From Candidatus Latescibacterota bacterium (GTDB lineage: Bacteria; Latescibacterota; UBA2968; UBA8231), in the NCBI GenBank assembly GCA_965248355.1, contig OZ252098.1, positions 3,808,001 through 3,872,000 on the forward strand: a stretch of DNA of 64,000 nucleotides. The letters run 5' to 3'. Below are positions 8,012-16,351 of this stretch, piece after piece (position 1 is the stretch's first letter; the number at the start of each line of letters is the position of its first letter). Position numbers and translations under genes: made by a program. The notes below the pieces were generated by a model. The model saw only the letters and a program-made list of their open reading frames with translations. It was not told where the DNA came from and made no database searches.

Positions 8012-10309
8012 CTATCTCAGGACTACCAGCTTTCGGGTTTCAACCAAGTCTCCTGCTTCCAGCCGGCATATGTACACCCCAGAGGCAGCCGTGCGCCCAT
8101 CATTGGCCCGTCCATCCCAACGGACATGGTGATAGCCTGAGACCTTGCTCCCTTCAGCTAGCACGCGAACTCTCTGACCGCTGACACTGTATATCACAAG
8201 CCGAATGACCTCTGGTCGGGCCAAGTGGTAGGAGATGATGGTCGACGAGTTGAAGGGATTTGGGTAATTCTGATTGAGAGCAGCCTGTCTTGACCGCAAT
8301 TGGGCTGTGTCCCTCACGTCTGTTTCACTGGCGCTTGCTTCTCCTCTGTACAAGCCCCAAGCCGTAGCTGCGTAGATGACGTTCTCGCTCTCAGGGTCGA
8401 ATGCCACGTCACTTATCCAAGGAGAATCTGTCAATTGGTGACTTATGGTTGTCCACGTCTCACCGCCATTCTGGCTGACCAAGAGAACCTCGCCTCCGAC
8501 GAGGTAGAGGTGGTCGGAGTTGTGTGGACTCACCCTCAGTCGTACGCTGCTCCAGGCATGTTCCTCGGGAAAGAGCACGCCCGTCCAGCTCCTGCCAGCA
8601 TCCTTTGAACGGTACACCCCATTCGGTGTGCCCGCGTACAGGTGGTCGGGGGCACCGAGGGCCAGGGCCTCAATGGGGCCTCTCTCAACTTCTCCGGTTG
8701 CCTGCCAGGATCTACCGGCATTTCCGCTTCTCCAGATCGTCGCTCCTATTGCCGAGTAGAGGACGCCGAGCGCTCCGTCAGCCACAAATCCTCCCACTCG
8801 TCCCCCTAAGGTCAGACCCGCGGACCTCAGCTCCCAAGACTCCAGCAGGTTAGCAGTAGCACGAATCGTCCAATCTACAACGAAGAGATCGTTTCGAAGT
8901 CTTCCGATCCCAGGATACAGCGGCCGAAACGATGGGCCCTTCCAACCATCAAGTCTACTCGGTGTTAGAGTCACCGCCCCGTCATGACTCAGAAGGTACG
9001 TACCTCTGGCAGAGTAGTGTGCTATAAGAGATCCCGTTGCCTCTCCGAAGTGAAGCACATCTACGAGTCCGGAAAAGAAGTACTGGGGAGAGTTTCGGGT
9101 CACCATGTTCCAAGAGCGCCCTCTGTCACTGCTGACCACCACCCCCGGCGACCACAGAGACGAAGCCTCGCCACTATCGCGCCGGTTGAATACAGAGCCC
9201 ACATACATGTCTCCCTTCTCGTCGAAAACTACAGTGCCCGCAGGCATCTGCAGCGTCGCCAGGTTCGCCCGATGCCAGTTCACCCCGTAGTCATCGGTGT
9301 GATACACGCCGTACTCACCCAGCGCAACAGCACGTCCTCCCACATCACGATCAACAAGCGGGAGTATCTCGAACAGACTCTCTGTCTCGGACATCTGACT
9401 CCAGGTCGCACCTCCGTCACGCGAACAAAACACACCGCCGTACATCCCTGCACCATACATCAGACTCTCAGTCACAGGGTGTATCGCCAAGTGTCGGAAC
9501 TCAACAGGGCTCGTCGATACTTTCCTCCAGGTGTATCCACCGTCCGTGCTCTTCAGGAGTTCATCTCCGTCTTGTCCGTATAGAACGCCGCTGACCGCGG
9601 CGATTGAGAGGTGGCCGAAGGGCAACGCTTCTCCCACGATCGTCCAGGTCTCTCCCCGGTCATCAGTTTGCATCAAGGTCCCATCGTCCACCCAGTTTCG
9701 TACATACACGTAGATGATGTGGGGCTTGGTGGCTACCAGGACCTGGGCACCCTCTGCAGGAATGGACAATTGCGTCTCCTCCCATGTGCTACCAGCATCG
9801 TCCGAGTATGCTAGTCGCTCCTCGAAGCGGGCGTAGACACGTCCAGCAAGCACCGGATCGGTACCCAGCAGCAGGTCGCCCTGCTCCGGGTTCAGGTCCG
9901 AGAGTCTCGACCATCTATGCCCCCCATCATCGGATCTGACGAGCTCGGGAGCGATGTAAACCCGTCGCGCGTCCGCTCCATCGACAAAGACCTGTCTCTC
10001 GAACAGAGAGGTGTTCGTACGTAGCATCAAGCTGCACCTGACCCACGTGTCACCCCTGTTGTCGCTGGTCCACAAGCTGTTCGAGGACAGAGCATACAGT
10101 TGAGATGACTTCCGTTCCACCGCGAGATCATCCACTTGTGGATACCAACGGTTCGTGGGCATCTCCATGTGGGACCATGCCATGCCGGCGTCTTGCTGTT
10201 GACTATCGTTGGTTATGCTGGCATAGGTCTTCAGTGGCACGGCCTCCTGGGCAAGGGCCGGCGAGACGGCGAGGACAAAGGCGAGGGCGGCGCGGATACG
10301 GCATTCCAT
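8012..10309 (-). CDS. Secreted BNR/Asp-box beta-propeller protein with FlgD-Ig/T9SS type-A-like C-terminal domain
   Basis: Signal peptide MECRIRAALAFVLAVSPALA; many SxDxGxxW Asp-box repeats; C-terminus NYPNPFN...WDG...ASGVY...KLVVLR. GC is lower than in the flanks. Confidence 0.85.
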   Translation of the reverse strand: MECRIRAALAFVLAVSPALAQEAVPLKTYASITNDSQQQDAGMAWSHMEMPTNRWYPQVDDLAVERKSSQLYALSSNSLWTSDNRGDTWVRCSLMLRTNTSLFERQVFVDGADARRVYIAPELVRSDDGGHRWSRLSDLNPEQGDLLLGTDPVLAGRVYARFEERLAYSDDAGSTWEETQLSIPAEGAQVLVATKPHIIYVYVRNWVDDGTLMQTDDRGETWTIVGEALPFGHLSIAAVSGVLYGQDGDELLKSTDGGYTWRKVSTSPVEFRHLAIHPVTESLMYGAGMYGGVFCSRDGGATWSQMSETESLFEILPLVDRDVGGRAVALGEYGVYHTDDYGVNWHRANLATLQMPAGTVVFDEKGDMYVGSVFNRRDSGEASSLWSPGVVVSSDRGRSWNMVTRNSPQYFFSGLVDVLHFGEATGSLIAHYSARGTYLLSHDGAVTLTPSRLDGWKGPSFRPLYPGIGRLRNDLFVVDWTIRATANLLESWELRSAGLTLGGRVGGFVADGALGVLYSAIGATIWRSGNAGRSWQATGEVERGPIEALALGAPDHLYAGTPNGVYRSKDAGRSWTGVLFPEEHAWSSVRLRVSPHNSDHLYLVGGEVLLVSQNGGETWTTISHQLTDSPWISDVAFDPESENVIYAATAWGLYRGEASASETDVRDTAQLRSRQAALNQNYPNPFNSSTIISYHLARPEVIRLVIYSVSGQRVRVLAEGSKVSGYHHVRWDGRANDGRTAASGVYICRLEAGDLVETRKLVVLR

Positions 10310-10470
10310 GGGGGCCTCTTCCTGGTTGGAGTTGAGTTGAACATAGGGTGAATCAGGCCATGGGGCGCCTTGCGGGCAGTCGGTCTCCGGCTGCGGGTTG
10401 TCGGTGGTGGTGGAGAGGATGACCTTTCCGGGCGGAAACGGTCGTCCCTGCATGGAAAGTCCGACCAGCG

Positions 10471-12006
10471 ATGAACCTGAGCGACCTCGTGGACACCTCC
10501 GAACGCGTGGCCGGCACCAGGGCCCGGAGCGAGAAGATCGGTCTGCTCGCCGACTGCCTGGGGCGGCTGTCACCCCCTGAGCGCGAGGCCGGCGCGGCCT
10601 TCCTCACGGGACAGCTGCGCCAGGGGCGGATCGGCCTCGGCGGGGCGGCGATCCGGCAGGCCATGCCTCCTCGGCCGGCCGAGGCGCCGAGCTTGACCGT
10701 GGTCGGGGTGGACGCCGCCTTCGAGGGCGTGTCCCGGCGTAGCGGACCGGGTTCGGCCGGGGCCCGCGTGCAGGCGCTGGCCGGCCTCCTGGAACAGGCC
10801 ACGGAGCCGGAGCAGGAGTGGCTGGCGCGGCTGGTCTTCGGCGAGTTGCGCCAGGGCGCCCAGGAGGGGGTGCTGATCGAGGCCGTCGCCCGGGCCGCCG
10901 GCGTTCCGGCTCCGGCCGTGCGCCGGGCGGTGATGCTCGCCGGCGACCTGGTGTCCGTGGCCGTGGCCGCCCTGGCTGGCGGCGAGCCGGCTCTCGGCGA
11001 GTTCCGCCTGCGGCTGATGTCGCCGGTGCTGCCCATGCTGGCCCAGACGGCCGAGGGCGTGGAGGACGTGCTCGAGCGCCACGGGCGGGTGGCCCTGGAC
11101 TACAAGCTCGACGGAGCGCGGATTCAGGTGCACCGGGTGCATGACGAGGTGCGCCTGTTCACACGGCGGCTGAACGACGTGACCGCCGCGGCGCCCGAGC
11201 TGGTGGAGGCGGTGCGCGCTTTGCCGGCGAGGCAGCTCGTGCTCGACGGCGAGGCGATCGTGCTGCGCGGCGACGGCCGGCCGGCTCCCTTCCAGGAGAC
11301 CATGCGCCGTTTCGGCCGCCGACTCGACGTGGAGCGGATGCGCGCCGAGCTGCCCCTGTCCGCCTTCTACTTCGACTGTCTGCACCTGGACGGACAGGAC
11401 CTGATCGACGCGTCCACCGAGGATCGCCTGGGGGCGCTGCGCGGCGTCGTGCCGGAGGCGGCCCTGGTGCCGCATACTGTGGCCGACGCGGTGGAGCCGG
11501 CGCGGGCGTTCATCGACCTGGCCCTGTCCGCCGGCCACGAAGGGGTCGTGGCCAAGGATCTGGAGGCGCCGTACGAGGCCGGCCGGCGGGGCGCGGGGTG
11601 GCTCAAGCTCAAGCCCGCCCACACCCTCGACCTGGTGGTGCTGGCGGTGGAGTGGGGCAGCGGCCGGCGGCGGGGATGGCTGTCCAACCTGCACCTCGGC
11701 GCCCGGGACCCGGCCGGCGGCTTCGTGATGCTGGGCAAGACCTTCAAGGGCATGACCGACGAGATGCTGGCCTGGCAGACGGAGAAACTGCTCGGTCTCG
11801 AGGCCGGCCGCGAGGGCCACGTGGTGCATGTCCGACCGGAGCTGGTGGCCGAGATCGCCTTCGACGGCCTGCAGGCCAGCCCCCACTACCCCGGAGGCCT
11901 GGCCCTGCGCTTCGCCCGGGTGAAGCGCTATCGCCCGGACAAGACGGCCGACCAGGCCGACGACATCGAGACCGTGCGCAGGATCTTCGCAAGTCAACTC
12001 GGCTAG
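10471..12006 (+). CDS. ATP-dependent DNA ligase (LigB-like: DBD, adenylation and OB domains)
   Basis: PMLA, KLDG (motif I), LDGE, FDCL, EGVVAK, WLKLK and LRFARV motifs. Confidence 0.93.
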   Translation: MNLSDLVDTSERVAGTRARSEKIGLLADCLGRLSPPEREAGAAFLTGQLRQGRIGLGGAAIRQAMPPRPAEAPSLTVVGVDAAFEGVSRRSGPGSAGARVQALAGLLEQATEPEQEWLARLVFGELRQGAQEGVLIEAVARAAGVPAPAVRRAVMLAGDLVSVAVAALAGGEPALGEFRLRLMSPVLPMLAQTAEGVEDVLERHGRVALDYKLDGARIQVHRVHDEVRLFTRRLNDVTAAAPELVEAVRALPARQLVLDGEAIVLRGDGRPAPFQETMRRFGRRLDVERMRAELPLSAFYFDCLHLDGQDLIDASTEDRLGALRGVVPEAALVPHTVADAVEPARAFIDLALSAGHEGVVAKDLEAPYEAGRRGAGWLKLKPAHTLDLVVLAVEWGSGRRRGWLSNLHLGARDPAGGFVMLGKTFKGMTDEMLAWQTEKLLGLEAGREGHVVHVRPELVAEIAFDGLQASPHYPGGLALRFARVKRYRPDKTADQADDIETVRRIFASQLG

Positions 12007-12043
12007 ACGGTGGTCCCCATGGGTCTCGAGATCGCCTGGGTGA

Positions 12044-13024
12044 ATGAGGTCCTCCTTCGCCGACGCTGAGTCCTCCCGCCAGGACCCTTTCCGCGGCCTG
12101 AAGGCGGCGGTGGCCCGCCTGCTGCCCGCCGACGGCCGCGGGCGCCGGCGCCCAGCCCCCCGCGAGGCCACCCGCATCTATTGGGAGATCGGCCGGCTCC
12201 TCGACGACCACATCTCCGGCCGTGCCGAGTACGGGGGCCGGGCCGTCGAACGGCTGGCCGGAGAGCTGGGCATCCTGCCGCGGACCCTGTACCGGGCCCG
12301 CAAGCTCTACCAGCGTCTGCCCTCCGACAGCTCTCAACTCGACCAGCTGACCTGGAGCCACTGCCGGCTTCTGGTGACGGTTCCCGACGACGGGCAGCGG
12401 CGCCAGCTGATGGAGCGCGCCGCGGCCGGCGGCTGGAGCGTGCGCCGCCTGCAGGCCCACCTGCGTGCCCGGGAGGAGAGTTCCGCGGACGCCGTGCGCG
12501 GGCGGCCCGGGGTCTACCGTCTCGTGGAGCTAGCCGGAGGTGAGGGGAGGCTGGCCTTCGACTTGGGCTTCGGCGTGCGGCGGCCCCTCGACGGGATAGG
12601 CAAGGTGGGCAAGCGCACCCGCCGCCTGCTCGCGGAGCTGTCCGCCGGGGAGGTGGTCGAGCTGACCCGGGACGCCAGGGACCGGCCGTCCCTGCGCCGG
12701 CAGTGGGGTCAGGCCGGGTCCCGGCTGTTCACCTACGGCGCCCGGCTGCTGGGGGCCACGGCCACCGGCGTGGTGGAGGCTCACATCGATCTGGGTCTCG
12801 AGGTGTCCCTGGTCCGGGGCTTCGCTCTGCGAGGGGCCGCCGGAACCCTGCCCAGAGGGGAACTGCAGCGGCTCCTGGCCGCGGCGCCGGCGGCGGTGGT
12901 CATAAAGACGCACCGGGGTCCGGGCGGCGCCTACCTGGCCGACGTGTTCGGTCTCGACGACGAGCCGGCCCTAGCCGTCATCGCCGAGCGCGGCGACTAC
13001 CTCAACGCCTTGTGGGGGGATTGA
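12044..13024 (+). CDS. DUF1016 (YhcG) N-terminal domain fused to a degenerate thermonuclease-like domain
   Basis: YWEIGRLL...EYG...LTWSH...WSVRRL matches DUF1016_N; LFTY...IDLG...LRG...VIKTH...YLADVF...YLN resembles SNase-like proteins. Confidence 0.7.
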   Translation: MRSSFADAESSRQDPFRGLKAAVARLLPADGRGRRRPAPREATRIYWEIGRLLDDHISGRAEYGGRAVERLAGELGILPRTLYRARKLYQRLPSDSSQLDQLTWSHCRLLVTVPDDGQRRQLMERAAAGGWSVRRLQAHLRAREESSADAVRGRPGVYRLVELAGGEGRLAFDLGFGVRRPLDGIGKVGKRTRRLLAELSAGEVVELTRDARDRPSLRRQWGQAGSRLFTYGARLLGATATGVVEAHIDLGLEVSLVRGFALRGAAGTLPRGELQRLLAAAPAAVVIKTHRGPGGAYLADVFGLDDEPALAVIAERGDYLNALWGD

Positions 13025-13033
13025 CCGTCCGGG

Positions 13034-13768
13034 CTATGGCTGAATCACCGCTTCGTGTCCCTCCGCGGAGGGCGGCGCGAGCATGCGCCGCTGCCGGGGG
13101 CTGAGCTCGCCCACGTCGAAGCGGCCGTACCAGTCCCTGGCCCACGAGGAGTGGCCGGGGCTGTACTTGAACAGCAGGGCCCGGCGTTCGGTGGGCGAGC
13201 GCCAGGCCATCGTCCCGTGGATCACCGCCTCGGTGAAGATCAGGGCGTCCCCCGCCTCGAGGGCCGGCTGCACGACGTACGGCGCGGGGCGCTCGAAGGA
13301 ACGCACGTCCTCGGGGATGTCCCCCGCGTCGAAGTTGCTCTTGTGACTGGCCGGCACGCAGGCGAAGCCGCCGGCCCCCGCCGGGGCCGGTGTCAGAAAC
13401 CAGGTGACCACGGTCAAGCCATTCGACATCCGGCCGTTGCGGTAGTGATACCAGTGGGTGCCGCCGGTCCCTCCATGCAGCCCCCCGCGGCTCTCCCCTT
13501 CCTTCATGAAGATGGCGTAGTCGTGGTCGAGGCGGACCCGTTCTCCGAGCAGCTCCACGAGGTAGGGCAGGATCCCGGGGTGATCGATCAGGCGCTTGAG
13601 CGGCTCTCCCCACGGAAGCACCGACCACTCCCCGTGGGGGTCCGGCTCCTGGTAGGGAAACCTCTCGTCGGCGATGCGGTTGACCTCGGCGACTTCCTCC
13701 GGCGCCAAGGCGTTCCTGACGATGAGGTATCCCTCGAGGTCGAAGAGGAAGCGTTCTTCGTCGTTCAT
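13034..13768 (-). CDS. Phytanoyl-CoA dioxygenase (PhyH) family Fe(II)/2OG enzyme
   Basis: FDLEGYL, GGFACVPASHK, AGDALIFTEAVIHGT and RRALLFKY; the first metal motif reads LHGG. Confidence 0.85.
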   Translation of the reverse strand: MNDEERFLFDLEGYLIVRNALAPEEVAEVNRIADERFPYQEPDPHGEWSVLPWGEPLKRLIDHPGILPYLVELLGERVRLDHDYAIFMKEGESRGGLHGGTGGTHWYHYRNGRMSNGLTVVTWFLTPAPAGAGGFACVPASHKSNFDAGDIPEDVRSFERPAPYVVQPALEAGDALIFTEAVIHGTMAWRSPTERRALLFKYSPGHSSWARDWYGRFDVGELSPRQRRMLAPPSAEGHEAVIQP

Positions 13769-13787
13769 CAGCAGGTACTCGCTTTCT

Positions 13788-14786
13788 TCAATTGCGGCCT
13801 CCGCACCCCCAGAGCTCCGGAGGGGGCGGCTCGACCGTGCTGCCCGTGTAGCGCAGGCCCGGCACGCGGTCCCTCGCCAGCAGCAGGGGTCCGTCTAGGT
13901 CCACCCAGTCGGCGCCCTGGGCCGCGAGCAGGGCCGGTGCCATGGCCAGGGACGTGCCCACCATGCACCCCACCATGACCCGCAGCCCTGCGGCCCTGGC
14001 TCGATCCCGCAGCTCCAGGGCGGCGGTCAGTCCCCCGGTCTTGTCGAGCTTGATGTTGACCGCTTCGTACCGGTGCCGCAGCCTGCCGAGGTCGGCGGCG
14101 GTGTGACAGGACTCGTCGGCGCACAGCGGCACCGGGTGCTCGAAGTCGGCCAGGACTTCGTCCCCGGCCGCCGGCAGGGGCTGCTCGATGAGAGCCACGC
14201 CGAGCCCGGCCAGGCCCTCCATCAGAGACCCCAGCCCATCGGCGGTGCAGCCCTCGTTGGCGTCGACGATCAACTGGGATTCGGGCGCTCCCTCGCGGAC
14301 CGCCCGGACCCGCTCCATGTCGCCCCCGTCGCCGGCCAGCTTGAGCTTGAGCAGCGGCCGCCGGGACTCCGCCCTGGCCGCCGCACCCATCGATTCCGGC
14401 GTTCCCAGGCTGAGGGTGTAGGCGGTGGTGAGGGGACCCGGAGCGGGGTGTCCCGCCAACTCGTGGACGGTGCACCCGCGGCGACCCGCCTCCAGGTCCC
14501 ACAGGGCGCAATCGAGGGCGTTGCGCGCCGCCCCGGGCGGGATCTCGCGCGCCAGGTCCCCCCGTGTCCATCCGCTCTCGATGTCGGCGGCGGCTCCGCG
14601 GATCTGTTCCATGACGCCGGCCACGGACTCCCCGTAGCGGGGGTACGGCACGCACTCCCCTCGCCCCGTGGACTCGCCGTCGCGCAGCTCGACGACGACC
14701 ACCTCGACGTGCGTCCGGGAGCCGCGGGAGATGGTGAAGGTCCCGGCCATGGGCCAGGTCTCGGAGACGACGGTCAGCGCGGCCAT
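13788..14786 (-). CDS. dgcA: N-acetyl-D-glutamate racemase / L-Ala-D/L-Glu epimerase (enolase superfamily)
   Basis: FTISRG, KLKL, DANE, EQP, DES, NIKLDKTGG and DLDG motifs; adjacent to a DUF1611 gene. Confidence 0.88.
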   Translation of the reverse strand: MAALTVVSETWPMAGTFTISRGSRTHVEVVVVELRDGESTGRGECVPYPRYGESVAGVMEQIRGAAADIESGWTRGDLAREIPPGAARNALDCALWDLEAGRRGCTVHELAGHPAPGPLTTAYTLSLGTPESMGAAARAESRRPLLKLKLAGDGGDMERVRAVREGAPESQLIVDANEGCTADGLGSLMEGLAGLGVALIEQPLPAAGDEVLADFEHPVPLCADESCHTAADLGRLRHRYEAVNIKLDKTGGLTAALELRDRARAAGLRVMVGCMVGTSLAMAPALLAAQGADWVDLDGPLLLARDRVPGLRYTGSTVEPPPPELWGCGGRN

Positions 14787-14795
14787 GCCCTGCGT

Positions 14796-15818
14796 CTATC
14801 TCCGGGGAGCGGCCCCGGGTGCATCCAGGGCGTCGGCGAGCCTTCCGGCGCCGTACCGGCAGGCGTCGACGGCGGGCAGGCCGGTCTCGTCCTCGGCGGC
14901 GCGCAGGACGCGCTCGGCGGCGGGCCCGTCGAGGGCGGAGGTGTTCAGGGAAAGGCCGATGACGCGGCAGCCGGGGTTGGTGAGCCGGCCGCACCGCTCG
15001 TTGAGGGCGATGCACTCCCCCAGCGAGGGCAGGGGTGCGTGCGGGAGCCCGCGCATGTGCCGCCGCGTGGGCTCGTGACACAGGACGAGGGCGTCCGCCC
15101 GCGAGCCGTGCAGCAGGCCGAGGGAGACGCCGGCGTAGGAGGGGTGGAAGAGCGACCCCTGGCCCTCGACCACGTCCCAGTGGTCGTCGTCGTTGGCCGG
15201 CGTCAGGGACTCGGCGGCGCCGGCGATGAAGTCGGAGATGACGGCGTCGACGGCGATCCCTCGGCCGGCGATGAGGATCCCCGTCTGACCGGTGGCCCGG
15301 AATGTCGCCCTGCGCCCCCGCGCCGACAGCTCCCGCTCGATGGCCAGGGCCGTGAACATCTTGCCGCAGGAGCAGTCGGTGCCCACCGTGAGCAGGCGTC
15401 GGCCGCTGCGGGGCCGGCCGTGCCCCACCTCCAGCTCCACCTCCGGATAGCGGACGTCGAAGAGGACGCGCCCGAGGGCGTCGGCGCGTTCGGCGAGCCG
15501 GGGAATCCGGCGCAGACGGTCGTGGAGGCCGCTGGCGATGTCGTAGCCGTGGTCGAGGGCGGCCAGCAACGTCTCCATCCACAAGTCCGGGATTTCGCCG
15601 CCCCGGTTGGCGACGCCGACGATGAGGGCGCGGGCGCCGGCGCGCCGGCCCTGCTCGAGGGTCAGGTCCGGCTGGCCCACGTCGGCGGCGCATCCAGGCA
15701 GGCGCAACTGGCCCACGCACTGGTCCGGTAGCCAGCGCGCCACGCCAGCGGCGGTCTTGGCGGCGAGCTGGTCGGCGGCGTCGCCGAGAAACAGCAGATA
15801 GGGGGGCTCGATGCGCAT
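14796..15818 (-). CDS. dgcN: DUF1611 family D-glutamate N-acetyltransferase
   Basis: PPYLLFLGD, ASGLH, VGTDCSCGKM, ATGQTG and EGQGSLFHPSY motifs; start reassigned to ATG 15818. Confidence 0.88.
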   Translation of the reverse strand: MRIEPPYLLFLGDAADQLAAKTAAGVARWLPDQCVGQLRLPGCAADVGQPDLTLEQGRRAGARALIVGVANRGGEIPDLWMETLLAALDHGYDIASGLHDRLRRIPRLAERADALGRVLFDVRYPEVELEVGHGRPRSGRRLLTVGTDCSCGKMFTALAIERELSARGRRATFRATGQTGILIAGRGIAVDAVISDFIAGAAESLTPANDDDHWDVVEGQGSLFHPSYAGVSLGLLHGSRADALVLCHEPTRRHMRGLPHAPLPSLGECIALNERCGRLTNPGCRVIGLSLNTSALDGPAAERVLRAAEDETGLPAVDACRYGAGRLADALDAPGAAPRR

Positions 15819-15828
15819 CAGGCGGCGC

Positions 15829-15857
15829 AACCTACCGGCGATCTCGTCAACGGTCAA
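15829..15857 (-). promoter_or_regulatory. Sigma70-type promoter of dgcN (near-leaderless)
   Basis: TTGACC-17 bp-TAGGTT, ending 10 nt before the ATG; no Shine-Dalgarno. Confidence 0.55.
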
Positions 15858-15916
15858 GGTGGATCTATATTCTGAAGGGAGTACCATTTGGACCCGTGGG
15901 AAGGGAGCGCCCGCGC

Positions 15917-16351
15917 ATGGCACAGATCGAGGTCACCTGCCCGGAGTGCGGCAAGCAGGTATCGCTGCGCGGCCTCAACGGACACCTGCGCTTCGAGCAC
16001 GAATACCCGCTCGACCAGGCCAGGCGGGTGGCCGCCGGCATTCACGTCGACGGCGCGCTGAACAAGCTGGAGCAGGAGGTGATGGATCTCGTGCGGCGTC
16101 TGTATGCCCTGAAGCAGGACGCGGAGCAGCTCAGGCAGGCTCGCGGCGAGGGGCTGATCGGCGAGCAGCTGTACGAGCGCCTGGTGAGCCAGAAGGGGCA
16201 GGAGATGACGGCCGTGGGCCGTTACCTGCAGCGGCTCGAGCAGACCTGGGCGGAACGCACCGAGCAGGTCACCGGCATCCGGCCGCGGATCGACCTGAAG
16301 GACGAGGTCACCATCGCCGACCTGCTGGCCGGCAAGGAGAGGACATCGTGA
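15917..16351 (+). CDS. Small protein with N-terminal C2H2-type zinc finger and coiled-coil region
   Basis: CPEC-x11-H-x4-H followed by a helical Leu/Glu/Gln/Arg-rich region; AAGGGAG RBS; the stop overlaps the next start. Confidence 0.75.
   Translation: MAQIEVTCPECGKQVSLRGLNGHLRFEHEYPLDQARRVAAGIHVDGALNKLEQEVMDLVRRLYALKQDAEQLRQARGEGLIGEQLYERLVSQKGQEMTAVGRYLQRLEQTWAERTEQVTGIRPRIDLKDEVTIADLLAGKERTS

Noticed and set aside
10417..10447. Hairpin upstream of the ligase gene
   Set aside because: No T tract, no second copy seen and no assignable function.
7993..10455. 8-bp direct repeat CTGCATGG flanking the low-GC gene (7993-8000 and 10448-10455)
   Set aside because: Short enough to arise by chance, with no terminal inverted repeats or recombinase nearby.
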